Source: Eledone cirrhosa
Lineage: Eukaryota
Assembly: GCA_964016885.1 (NCBI GenBank)
Contig: OZ024743.1
Coordinates: forward strand, 324,198,001-324,262,000
Reading direction: 5' to 3'
DNA length: 64,000 bases
Positions 38,965 through 56,000 of this stretch are shown one piece after another. A program made the translations under genes and the position numbers. The first letter of the stretch is position 1; the number at the start of each line of letters is the position of its first letter. The notes under the pieces were generated by a model. The model worked only from the letters and a program-made list of their open reading frames with translations. It was not told the DNA's origin and did not search any database.

Positions 38965-39000
<36 letters not shown>

Positions 39001-39559
39001 CTGCCAACCTGTTATATTCGTGTATATATATATACATATATATATACATACATATATAGATATAGATATATACATATATATACATATATATACATATATA
39101 TATATACATATACATATATACATATATATACATATATATACATATATATATATACATATACATATATATATATACATATATATACATATATATATATACA
39201 TATATATACATATATATATATACATATACATATATATATATACATATATATACATATATATATATACATATACATATATATATATACATATATATACATA
39301 TATATATATACATATATATACATATATATACATATATATACATATATATACATATATATATATACATATATATACATATATATACATATATATACATATA
39401 TATACATATATATACATATACATATATATATATACATATATATACATATATATATAGATATATATATATACATATATATATATATACAATTATATACATA
39501 TATATATAGATATATATATATACATATATATACATATATATATATACATATATATATAC

Positions 39560-39638
<79 letters not shown>

Positions 39639-39713
39639 CATATATATATATACATATATATATATATACATATATATATATACATATATATATATATACA
39701 TATATATATATAC

Positions 39714-39744
<31 letters not shown>

Positions 39745-39817
39745 CATATATATATATACATATATATATATATATGTATATATATACATATATATATATA
39801 CATATATATATATATAC

Positions 39818-39866
<49 letters not shown>

Positions 39867-39867
39867 C

Positions 39868-39902
<35 letters not shown>

Positions 39903-39915
39903 CATATATATATAC

Positions 39916-39966
<51 letters not shown>

Positions 39967-39967
39967 C

Positions 39968-40001
<34 letters not shown>
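38965..40001. repeat. (TA)n/(TACA) compound array
   Basis: Seen directly. Confidence 0.97.
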
Positions 40002-40002
<1 letters not shown>

Positions 40003-40760
40003 GGATATACGCAGACTAGAGAGGAACGAAGCTTGCATGCTCCGCTGGATGTGTAACAGTAATATACGTGAACGGCAAAGCATAAACGAACTAAGGAAAA
40101 AATTAGAGATAAGAGGGATCAGATGTTGTTTACTCGAGAGAAGGCTACGTTGGTATGGACACGTGATGCGCATGAAAGTCGATAGCTGTATAACAAAGTG
40201 CAGGGCAATAAAGATAGACGGTAGTCACGGAATAGGCAGACCTAGAAAAACCTGGGACGAGCTGATAAACTCCGACATCACACACTTACACCTCTCCAAG
40301 ACAATGTCACTGGACCGAGACCTTTGGCGGTACTCAGTAACAGAGAAGACCCGCCTTACCTAAATATATAGTAAAACCTACTCCAGCCAGTAGGCATCTC
40401 TAACAAAATACACCCCGTCCCACCACCACCACCCCCACCCGATCCACACCACCCCGTTCTATGTAAAGTTATGTTGGTGCCGCGCCATCGAGGCCGAAAC
40501 AAATGAGATCGTGTAGGTGTCACGACAAAAAAACACACAGTCCACGCTGTAATGTGGCCGTGTAGGCAACACGGTAAAAACCTCCCAGACCCACACTGTA
40601 AATGTGGTTGGTGTTAGGAAGGGCATCCAACTGTAGAAAACCTGCCAGACAGTCCTATGCGAGCAAGACAATCACTCTTGCCTCAAGTGGGATTACCCCC
40701 GTCCAAACCCATGCAAGCGTGGAACGCGGACGTTAAACGTTGATGATGATGATGATGATG
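40002..40760 (+). mobile_element. RTE-clade LINE, subfamily A, 3' fragment
   Basis: Near-identical to the reverse complement of 11010-11760. Confidence 0.95.
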
Positions 40761-40814
40761 ATATACATATATATATACATATATATATACATATATATAT
40801 ACATATATATATAC

Positions 40815-40915
<101 letters not shown>

Positions 40916-41092
40916 TATATATATACACATATATATATAGGTATATATATATACACATATATATATAGGTATATATATATACATATATATATATAGGTAT
41001 ATATATATAGATATATATATATACACATATATATATATATATATAGATATATATATATACACATATATATATATATATACACATATATATAT

Positions 41093-41139
<47 letters not shown>

Positions 41140-41165
41140 TATATATATATATACATATATATACA

Positions 41166-41323
41166 CCCAATTACACCTCTCAAACAGCTGTAGAAATCAA
41201 GCCAAATCAGTTCCTGTATGAGCAAGGCATGGTCAACCGACCAGACACTGCACACAACAGGACAACCCGTCTAACCCATGCTAGCGTGGAAGAACGGACG
41301 TAAAACGGTGATGATGATGATGA
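41166..41323 (+). mobile_element. RTE-B 3' end with ~235-bp internal deletion
   Basis: ACCCAATTACACCTCTCAAA (cf. 20921-20940) joined directly to CAGCTGTAGAAATC (cf. ~21177). Confidence 0.85.
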
Positions 41324-43467
<2,144 letters not shown>

Positions 43468-43579
43468 GGAACCAGTAAGACCCCGACAGCTGAGCTCAAG
43501 CCGTTTCGACGGCTAATTCTGGACTAAATGAACATTTATCCTGGTATTTAAATAGCCGATCTTCTCAAGGGGTAATTCC
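43468..43579 (-). ncRNA. type I hammerhead ribozyme with U3-A8 variant core
   Basis: GGAATT-ACCCC-TTGAGAA-GATCGGCTA...TAGCCGTC-GAAA-CGGCT(TGAGCTC)AGCTG-TC|GGGGT...GGTTCC; stems I, II and III all pair; GUC cleavage triplet. Confidence 0.8.
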
Positions 43580-44771
43580 ATATATGGTCAAAGTGATTGT
43601 CAAAAATCAGTAGTAATTCTGTGGTTGCAAATTAGTAGGGGAGATGGTGGCTAAACCTGCCAGTAGGAGAAAGAGGGGAGGGGGTGGAGTAGACCCAATC
43701 AAGCGTTGGTAGTGCCAGCTACAGCTGGGCATGAGGTCAAAGAAGATACAGGGGAGGGGGAGGGGGAGGAAGTCGGAACGGTAGGTAGAACAATGGGGGG
43801 TAGAAATAGGAAAGAAAAAATACTGAGAGTGAAGAAAAGCAAATAAGTGTAAAGAAAAAATTAAATTCTACGACCTAGGTGTCAGGCTATTGTTAGGCGA
43901 GAATAAAATAAAGAAAGAAAGAAAGAAGTAAATAAATGAATAAATAAATAAATAAGGAAATAAGTAAAAGAACTAGGTGGGACGAATTAGGCAAGGACCC
44001 TTTTAAGAGGTATAAGTACGTAAATGATACGGTGACTGGTCAACAAAAGGGGCCAAAATACTAAAGAGACTACCACGAAATAAACAATAAAGGTTTCCAT
44101 CCCGGGCCAGCAACGACCCAGTGCAGCAAAGTGAACTTGTACGACATAATAATTCTGAGTCCCGAGAAAAATATATACTAATGCTAACTCTAAAAGATCT
44201 AAAACAAGCTACATGAAAGTTCGTACGAAATAAAGGTAGAATACGGAGAAATAAGTTCAGAATCCACCCCGCCCAGAAGAAAAGCGAAGCAAGAAATACT
44301 GAAACGAAAAAATAAGGCATAAGTGCCACTAAGAAATATAGAGGGCACAGAGAATAGTGGGAGCGGTCGGAAAAGGGGGGCAAGTATCCGGGGTCTAAGC
44401 CAACTGCTATAAAGGGCGGAGTCCGCCAAATCTATCAAAGACTAGGGGAGGGGGGAGTGGGGGTACTAAGGCTACATGGGGCCAAAGGGCAGCCTCGGGT
44501 GGGCGAGAAAAGACGCCGACAAAGGAGAAGAGCTGGGGTAGAAGGACAAAGGAGAGAGGGGGGAAGGAAATAAAGGATGCGATAAAAGAATACAAAGAAG
44601 ATCTTACGTCTTCCTTGGCAAGCAGGGGTTACCCATTGCAAAATCGGCAACTGGGGTGTTATAGCCCTAGTCTACCCCCCCGGGTCATTATGGGGTTTGA
44701 GGGCGAGGTAAGTCCTACGCAATCTATGTTTACATGCAGTAACCAGTTCATCTTTCTTGTTTAGGAGTTGG
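43468..44771 (-). mobile_element. Penelope-like element (Naiad-type), 5'-truncated: ORF C-terminus plus ~1.2-kb 3' UTR
   Basis: 44672-44771 translates [15 protein letters not shown]..., resembling the LLNKRxExxxxCRH end of PLE GIY-YIG domains; terminal hammerhead; (TA)n arrays on both sides. Confidence 0.75.
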
Positions 44772-45233
<462 letters not shown>

Positions 45234-46387
45234 CAGACAGAGAGAGAGGTAGATAGATACATCAATACTACCAACAACTACAAAAGAAGGAAGGATCTTA
45301 TATCAAAACAAACCACCCCAACACCCAACCCAACCCATATCTACTTATGACAATGGCAGCATTACCTACTTAGTGAAACGGAAACTATTATTATTATCAT
45401 TATTATTATTTTTGTTGTTGTTATTATTATTTCCTCAGGATTTCATGTGATTCTGCTGCCATTTGGAATTTGGATTGTTTAGATATCAACTATCTTCTCC
45501 AAACTTAGGTATCCAACACCTTTCTTATGGTTCTTGCTGCTCTGCCACCACCAACAGTATTATTATTACTATTATTATTATTAATATTATCGTCATCATC
45601 TTCATGTAAATACATTGTTTTACTAATGTGAACCTATCCAGCTGGAATATATAGTATTTAACAGCACCACTACTTCAAGATAGAGGGCTGCTTCTACTTG
45701 AAATAACAAGATCATCATCAACACTACCACCAACACCACCACCACCACCACCACCACCACCACCACCACCACCACCACCATTTTATGGATCATCATCATC
45801 ACTACCACCACCATCATTATCATTTTAATGTGTAAGTGACTGAGCATTTCACAGCCACGTGTATGTACCCTTAATGTAATTTCTCATGGTGAATCAGTAT
45901 GACAGAGTGTGTGACAGGTTTGAACCTTTGAAATACAGATACAGACCATCCTACAGTCCCATTCCAAACACTTTCCATCAACCCAATTACATTCAAAAGG
46001 TTTCATAAATAATAACACTTGACTGATATGCCACACAGCAGGATCGAACTCAGAACCTAATGATCATGGAACAAACTCCTTAACCATGCGGTGATGGTGA
46101 ACTCACTATAAGCCCCTATTATAGAAATATATCCAGATAAGTTGGAGAAAATTCCTTTAGAGACAATAAAAAATATCCAAGATCTACATGTGATTAGCAG
46201 GAACCATGAATCATAGAGAAGTGAAAAGGTTGAATGGACAGTCCAAAGGGAGATCTGTTGATAGTTGAAGAAGGTCAATAGTATGAAAGTATATCATTAT
46301 TGTTGTTATTGTTAATATTGGTAGATTGGCTGACTTGTTACAGCATCAGACAAATTACTTTGTGGCATTTGTTCCAGCTATTTACAT

Positions 46388-47045
46388 TCATCATCATCAT
46401 CATCAATACCATTTTACGTCTGGTTTTGTTTTTGTTTTTTTTCCATGCTATCATGTTTTGGACAGATCTTTCCCAGCATAGCTTCCAACCACTTGTTACA
46501 TTTCTTCATCATCTCTTCTAAGAGGTTCAGCAATTTGAGATCCATGCTCACCATTTCAACCCTGACTTTTCTTGGTCTTCTATGATTTCATTTCACTGAA
46601 ATTTCTTGACCCTTGTTTATCCAATGATTATCATTCATACACATAACATGTCTATACCAGCGCAATCTTCTCTCCAGTATGCAATATCTGATTCCTCTTA
46701 TGCCCAGTTTTTTTCTCTCAGCTCATCCGTTTTTCGTCTTTCATGCACATTAACATTACACATCCATCAGAGCATGCTCACTTTCACTTCTCCTCAGCCA
46801 TCACATATCCTCTGCCTTCAATACCAATGTCACATTACCATGCAACATTGCACTTTGTACATAGGCATCATACAACCTACCTTTCACTCAGAGAAGAAAA
46901 AAACTCTTGTTGTCAACAATGGCAATAGATCCTTCAACCTTTTCCATTTGGTACATATTCTAGCCACTATGTTTTCAGAGCAACTTCCTCCACATCAAAT
47001 TTGATCATATAGGTAACAAAAGCTATCAACTGCTTCTTATGGAAT
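46388..47045 (-). mobile_element. old degenerate RTE LINE fragment
   Basis: Diverged match to the RT C-terminal region (TTACCATGCAACATTGC, ACATCCATCAGAGCATGC) and a (CAT)n tail. Confidence 0.75.
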
Positions 47046-47424
47046 CTTCTACTGGTGCACTTACTACCAGCTTTCTCTTCAAATCCTGCCAAGATGAACT
47101 TTACCTTTCATCCTTCCAGGGTTGATAAAATAAAATAGCAATCAAGTACCAGGGTCGATTTATCAACTTTCCTCTGGTGGAGATGATAGGGGTTATAGGG
47201 GGAAGGAGGGGGGGGGGGGCAATGACAACAATGATTTCATCAAAGAAAGAATGAGCAATGACTATCTATAGATTTTTTTTCCAGGCTGTCTCCTTAGCCT
47301 GGGGTAAGACAAGGATGGCTGGAAGTAGTAAATTCAGTTGATATACAATTTGAAACTATTGAAAGTCAATGGTGGAAGATGGAAGTGGGGGGATAACATA
47401 AAATATATTGATAAGCAGAAGCAT

Positions 47425-47762
47425 GTGGAGGTGGTGGTGCTGGTGCTGGTGGAGGTGGTGCTGGTGGTGGTGGTGCTGGTGGTATTGCTAGTAGTGGTGA
47501 TGGTGGTAGTAGTAGTGGTGCTGGTGCTGGTAGTGGTGGTGGTGGTAGCTGTAGTGGTGCTGGTGCTGGTGCTGGTGGTGCTGGTGATGATGGTGCTAGT
47601 GGTGGTGGTGCTGGTGGTGCTGGTAGTGACAGTGGTGGTGTTGGTGGTGGTGGTGATAGTGCTAGTGGTGGTGCTAGTGCTGGTAATGGTGGTGCTAGTG
47701 GTGCTGGTGATGGTGATGGTGCTGATGGTGGTGGTGGTGGTGGTGGTGGTGGTGCTGCTGGT
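47425..47762. repeat. (GGT/GCT)n repeat
   Basis: Seen directly. Confidence 0.9.
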
Positions 47763-48481
47763 TTCTGAAAGAGATTATCATTCTGCTGCAAAGGAAATAC
47801 TTACTTAACATGAGTCTGTGGTTAGTGAGACTCAATAGCGAGGAAGGGAAGGAGGAGGAGTTAGAATTGTATTAAAAGAAGCCACCAAGCCTCAATTACA
47901 CTGCTAATACCATAGGAATATAAATGAATATCGAAACATCATAACATCAGAAGTTGTGAGGCTTTTAACCCATTTATTTCCATATTTCTAAGAAAAAAAC
48001 ACTGCCTATGGTTTTCAAATAATAAAAAATTTGGATGGATCTAGCAATATAACTAACTTTCTAATCATGAAGCTGCTGTTTGGAACATAACTTAACAGAG
48101 GGCTTTCTTTTTATATAGAATTATGGAATGTTTTTCAATAAATATAAATACTTTAAAACAAATAAATATCTTTGTATCATAGAAACAGAGGTAATTGCAG
48201 GTGAGTTCTTATTAAATGGGCTAAAAAAACAAAGCTCACCTAGCATCATTTAAGTTACTAAAGCCACATGAAATAAATGCATAAATATGAGAGAATCATG
48301 ATATCAGAAGTTTTGAAGCTCTGAGGGTTTTAAGGTCTTGTGCCTGTGTATAGAAGGAAAATCAATATATGATTAGATTTGAAAACATTGTACCTTTTTT
48401 TTATGTGATGTGACTCATTCTTTACCTCACTGAATGAAGTTTATTGGCATATATAAATATACGTACCCCCCCTCTCTATCT

Positions 48482-48523
<42 letters not shown>

Positions 48524-48681
48524 TTGGCTTACACTGGTAAACATGACATGGACACATACACACTCTCCCAAACCAAGCAAGCATGGAAAAGCGGATGTAA
48601 AAACGATGATGATATATATATTATCAATAAAAACAAAAACATAGAAATGAAACTTCATATATATATATATATGAAGTTATA

Positions 48682-48933
48682 TGGAGGTGCCACGGCAAAA
48701 AAGCACCCAGCCCACACTGTAAAGTGGACGTGTAGGCGCCACGAAAAAGCACCCAGCACTCACTGTAAATGAGGTTGGTGTTAGGAAGGGCATCCAGCTG
48801 TAGAAATCAAGCCAGATCAGTTCCTGTATGAGCAAGGCATGGTCAGCCGACCAGACACTGCCCACAACAGGACAACCCGTCTAACCCATGCTAGCGTGGA
48901 AGAACGGACGTAAAACGGTGATGATGATGATGA

Positions 48934-48936
<3 letters not shown>
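48682..48936 (+). mobile_element. RTE-B 3' UTR-only insertion
   Basis: Appears identical by eye to 21064-21318. Confidence 0.92.
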
Positions 48937-48983
<47 letters not shown>

Positions 48984-48989
48984 GTATGT

Positions 48990-49606
48990 TATCTCTTTCT
49001 CTTAATTTCGAGTATATTTTTTTGACTGCCCACCTTCCTGGTGGCAAGGTTGTAAAAGAAAAGAAATTGTTATCCCTTGAATCGCAAGAATGTTTTGCAA
49101 ATTTTGAAGGTGCCAGCTATCGCAGCCATTTGTAGACTATGAATTAGGGAGCTGCGATTTTTGTCCGCAAATCCAAGTTCAGTCATACTTTGGTCCAAGC
49201 GGGTTGGTATATAACCCGTAGCACCAATAATGATGGGTATGAAGCTAAAGGTGTATCTTGGATACTGAATTTGTAAACTCCTCATCAATGGTCCGTAGAT
49301 GTCCTCCTTCTCCTGTATTTTTCTGACAACGTTTACATCAAGTGGGCAGCTGATCTCCACAACAGAACACGTTTTCAATGTGTGGTCCCAAACAACAATA
49401 TCAGGCCGGTTGTGCTTTAATTTGGTGGCAGTTTTTATTTTCAGGTTCTACCAGTATTCCTTAGTGCCATCTGTCTCAATATATTCTTCCTCGTTTGTTG
49501 TTAATTTTGTTTTCCGAAGTGCGTTCCAGATGGTTCTAGCTATCCCATCGTGTCTCATGGGGAGGTAGTAGCGAGATGACATTCTTTCGCAGCTGGCAAC
49601 AATGTG
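48990..49606 (-). mobile_element. R4/Dong-like non-LTR retrotransposon, RLE domain and 3' end
   Basis: HIVASC..MRHDGIA..W*N..KHNRPDIVVWD..VVEISCP..EKEDIYGPL..PIIIGATG; one stop at 49448-49450; (TATG)n on both flanks. Confidence 0.85.
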
Positions 49607-49645
49607 TATGTATGTATGTATGTATGTATGTATATATATATATAA

Positions 49646-49722
49646 TCATCATCATCATCATCATCATTTAACGTCCATCTTCCACGCTTGCATGGGTTTG
49701 GACGGGAGTTTTCCCACTTGAG
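49646..49722 (-). mobile_element. RTE-A extreme 3' end
   Basis: (CAT)n-TTTAACGTCCATCTTCCACGCTTGCATGGG. Confidence 0.85.
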
Positions 49723-49991
49723 TATTGTTATACTTTGGGAGGGTCATGTTGCCAATAAGAAACACATGCACCAGTTGCTTTCACTTCAATTTATTATAAA
49801 TTAAATTTATAAAGTTAGGAATTTATAAATTTTTGGTTGGTTGGTTGGTTCCACAACCAGACGATTGTTCATATATTGTCAAAGTTCTTTCGTCACACAT
49901 TCTGTGACCTCTTCAGTGACTGGGGATCCTTTTCTTTGTTTTTGTGCCTCTCCTTTGTTCTGTCCTACGCCATCTTGTTTTTGTGTGTGTT
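49723..49991 (-). mobile_element. dispersed repeat carrying a hammerhead-like motif (probably PLE-derived)
   Basis: Reverse complement of 63113-63368. Confidence 0.75.
49878..49920 (-). ncRNA. candidate minimal hammerhead ribozyme
   Basis: GTCA-CTGAAGA-G-GTCACA(GAATG)TGTGAC-GAAA-GAAC-TT|TGAC; one extra G before stem II and a very short stem III. Confidence 0.5.
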
Positions 49992-50377
49992 GTGTGCTTA
50001 GTTTGCGTATGTGTTACATCCGGGTGTCTGCGTGTGTTTATATTTGTTTATTTATTTGTTTATTTACATGTTACTGGTTGGTTGTTTGTTCTATGTGTGT
50101 GTGTGTTTTCATTTTATCCTTAATTGTAAGTTGTGATGTTGCTATTCCATTCATGCTTTCTATTTAATTTTGGTTGGAGTTCATTTATGTTTATTCATAT
50201 ATATATTATTTCTAAAAATATATATATATATGTATATATATGTATATATATATATATGTATATATCATCATCATCATCATCGTTTAACGTCCATCTTCCA
50301 ACTAGCATGGGTTTATATATGAGTATATATATATATATTTTCATATATTTATATATATGTATGTATATATATATATG

Positions 50378-50615
<238 letters not shown>

Positions 50616-50778
50616 TCATCATCATCATCGTTTAACGTCCATCTTCCACGCTTGCATGGGTTTGGACGGGAGTTTTCCCACTTGAGGCAAGATTGGTTGT
50701 CCTGCTCGTATAGGACTGTCTGGAGGGTTTTCTATGGCTGGATGCCCTTCCTAACACCAACCACGTTTACAGTGTGGA
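50616..50778 (-). mobile_element. RTE-A 3' end inside a (TA)n array
   Basis: Matches the reverse complement of 24790-24950. Confidence 0.9.
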
Positions 50779-52412
<1,634 letters not shown>

Positions 52413-52779
52413 GTGGGAGGATGTAAGATACTCAGATAAAGAAATAATTCCTTGCTAGAAATTATAGCTAAAAAATCATGGATGGAAAAAGTGGCCACCA
52501 TACACATACACACACATATATAAATAAGCTGTGCACTAAGTAGCTGAAGTATATGATAAATTTCATCTGTGTATATACAGTATAGTGGTAAACAAGATTA
52601 TGTAAATGTGAATATAAATTTACATATTCAGTAAATATGTCAAATATACATATTTCTCTGTAAATTGAACAAAAATTATAAATATCTATAATTGATTTTT
52701 TAACCCAATTGGGTTCCGATCAGAAGGTATGTATATCATATAAACAACCACAAGGAAATATGTAACCAAGGTGTTTACA

Positions 52780-53035
52780 CAGTCACTTATAGTAGTGTCC
52801 TGAGATGGATGTACTAATATTTCTATTATGGGCAAAACCAACCGGCAGGAGACCCAGGGGTAGACCCTGAGCAAGATGGTTAGATAAGATCCATGAGCTT
52901 GGCTGGTCTCGCTTGGGGATCCAAGTGGGTCAGTTGGAAACAGTTGCTGCTTACAGAACCCGCTGGAAGAAGTGTTTAACCAGAATACCCTCACAGCTTC
53001 CAGTTCAAATTGGCTGTAACTGGCCACTCATACTG
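52780..53035 (+). mobile_element. degenerate Expander/Rex3-like RTE C-terminus
   Basis: WAKPTGRRPRGRP*ARWLDKIHELGWSRLGI...RTRWKKCL. Confidence 0.7.
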
Positions 53036-53464
53036 ATGTTTAGGTATCATTCTCAAAATAAATATCAAAATTTCATAGATTCGATATTATGTGAAGATAA
53101 TTATGTGAAGTAAAGCCTTTACTGTGAAAATATAGTAGTATATATATAGAGTAATGTAAATGCTAAATAGTTAAGGACTCTGACCACACGACCCTCTCAG
53201 AAATAAGTGTGTGAAGAAGATATTTATAGAGGGGGGGGGGGGGTGTGGAATGCAAAAGTAGGTACAGAGTAAAGATTATATCAGTATTACTAGTATTATA
53301 ATAGTGGTGCTAGGATTTATTTAATATGTTTTGTGTGCATGTTTTGCTTTTCATTACTGTATACTTACTTTTGTAGCTCTTTGTACATACATACAATGCT
53401 TTTTAACACGAACAAGCTAACACAACTGATTTGATACTGAGAATAATAAATGGATATTGTAATG

Positions 53465-53568
53465 TGCTTGTTATTCCCAGGCTCATTAGAGATGTATATG
53501 TCACACACATACACACACGTGCTTGTATGTCACATTTACATCTCTAATGAGTCTGGGAATAACAAGCA
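53465..53568. repeat. 37-bp-arm inverted repeat
   Basis: TGCTTGTTATTCCCAGGCTCATTAGAGATGTA...TACATCTCTAATGAGTCTGGGAATAACAAGCA. Confidence 0.9.
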
Positions 53569-53768
53569 GACACAAACACACACATCCTTCGAGGAAAGAT
53601 CCTTCACAAATATTTCCTCATTTCCCTTGGTTAACAGTTGCAGTAACTTTATCCCGTTTAAGAAATCATTCTTAATGAGACTGCCACATCATCATCTTTA
53701 AGACATCAATAGAAACTTCACAAGATCCACTGTTAAGATAAAAATACAATTACTATTTACTTCTCTGT

Positions 53769-53811
<43 letters not shown>

Positions 53812-54059
53812 TGTCAAGTATTTCTACTTATAGGCATGTGTCTATCAAATAATTTTATTTATACACTTGAAGTTTCATTTACATGTATTTAGATATTCAT
53901 TGTGTATCAACATGTTACGCGTGTTTCGCAGGGGATTGGCTCATGGTCGCCCATAGAAGTTATGGACCCGACTCCACTATCGATCTGCTTTTCAGACTGG
54001 CGATTCGACAAAAAATATAGTCTTATATGTGTGTGTGTGTGGGAGTTTGTGTGTGTGTA

Positions 54060-54300
54060 CATAGGCGCCACAGTAAAAAGAAAGCACCCAGTACTCACTG
54101 TAAATGAGGTTGGTGTTAGGAAGGGCATCCAGCTGTAGAAATCAAGCCAAAATCAGTTCCCGTATGAGCAAGACAAGGTCACCCGACCTGGCATTGCCCA
54201 CAACAGGACAACCCGTCTAACCCATGCTAGTGTGGAAGAATGGACATAAAACAGTGATGATGATGATGACATACATATGATGATAATGATAATGATGATG
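54060..54300 (+). mobile_element. RTE-B 3' UTR fragment
   Basis: Matches 8410-8608. Confidence 0.85.
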
Positions 54301-54676
54301 ACTTCAACATCATCATGAACATTTTACATACATTTCTTCATGTTTGTATGGATTAGATAGGTTTTCTCCAGCATAGCTTCCTTCTGCTTGCTGTGCTCCT
54401 TTGTCATCTCCTCAGAGGTTCAGCATTTTGAGATCAACTCTCACCATTTCTGCATAGGTATTCCTCTCTTTTCATCTACTATGGCTTCCCTTTCACCCAA
54501 CCATTATCATTCATATGCACATCACATATCCATACCAATGCACATATATATATATATTTCCAATAGCCGAAATACGATTCTCGCTAATTTATATTTGTAT
54601 ATATATATATTTATATATATATATATACAATGATGATGATCCACACATATATATATTTATACAATGATGATGATGA

Positions 54677-54715
<39 letters not shown>

Positions 54716-55340
54716 TACACACACATATATATATATAGAGAGAGAGAGAGATCCTATCCAGTACATTCAAGACTTGTAAACAAGAAATTATAAATCTATG
54801 ACTACCAAAAGTAAATCCTTTTGAAATAAAAAAAAATATATATATTTTAATAATTGTTAATAAAAACAGACGTATTTTTTTTTTTATTTTCTATTAAAAT
54901 ATATCTTTATACCTTAATTTTCAAAATGTAGTTTAAAATTTCGATTTATTGAAATCGATGTACCATTGTTAATGCTAGAATCCATATATGAAAAATATAT
55001 TTAAAAAAACATGTATTAAACAATGTAGAGGAAAACTAACATGGATGTTAATGTTCATTTTGAGAAGAAAAGAAGTGTGTTTATTTAATAAAATTGATTT
55101 TTAGCTGAGACAACCAATGCAGTGAAGTAATTATTTTACATGTTCATAGGGTTTAATTCTTAATGTCCTGTACCATATGTAACTGCAATAGCAACCAGAG
55201 CCAGTTAGGCAGCTACATAGGGAACAGGTCCCAGGTAAGTGCATTACTGAACCTTAAATGATCAGTTTTATACAAATTTATAAATTAACTTAAATATATT
55301 TCTTATGATCATTCTTAAAAGGTGCAAAACTGCATGATGT

Positions 55341-55673
55341 CTGCATCACATTAAAAATTAAGATTTTTAATCTAATACATTAAATGTACACAGTGATATG
55401 TCCACTAGTAAGTATACTATAAACATTTGAATTAACAAACCAGTTTTTAGACATTTTCTACTAAATCGTTACAGAATGTTAAGTGGTAATTAACCACTTT
55501 GCATATTCAACATTACTTTTAGAAAAATTGACTGCATCACATTAATAATTAAAGTCTTTACTCTAATACAGCAAGTTTTCACAACAATCAGTCAAATAGT
55601 AAAAATATTATAGACATGAATTAACAATCCTGTTTTTAGACATTTTCTGATAAATCATTATAGGATGCTAAGA
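55341..55673. repeat. two diverged ~190-bp tandem copies
   Basis: CTGCATCACATTAA and GTTTTTAGACATTTTCT each recur ~190 bp apart. Confidence 0.7.
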
Positions 55674-55699
55674 ATTAAAAAAAGAGAAAACTTACATTA

Positions 55700-56000
55700 C
55701 ATCATCATCATCATCATCATCATCGTTTAACGTCCATGTTCCACGCTTGCATGGGTTTGGACGGGAGTTTTTCCACTTGAGGCAAGAGTGGTTGTCTTGC
55801 TCGCATAGGACTGTCTGGCGGGTTTTCTACAGCTGGATGCCCTTCCTAACACCAACCACATTTACAGTGTGGGGCTGGGAGGTTTTTACCGTGTTGCCTA
55901 CACGGCCACATTTACAGTGTGGACTGTGAGTTTTTTTTTTTTTGTCGTGACACCTACACGATCTCATTTGTTTCGGCCTGGATTTTGTGGTACCAAATAA
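55700..56000 (-). mobile_element. RTE-A 3' UTR fragment
   Basis: Matches 11010-11295. Confidence 0.9.

Noticed and set aside
44620-44700. SECIS element at the PLE stop codon
   Set aside because: ATGA is present but the apical AA and the helix geometry do not fit by eye
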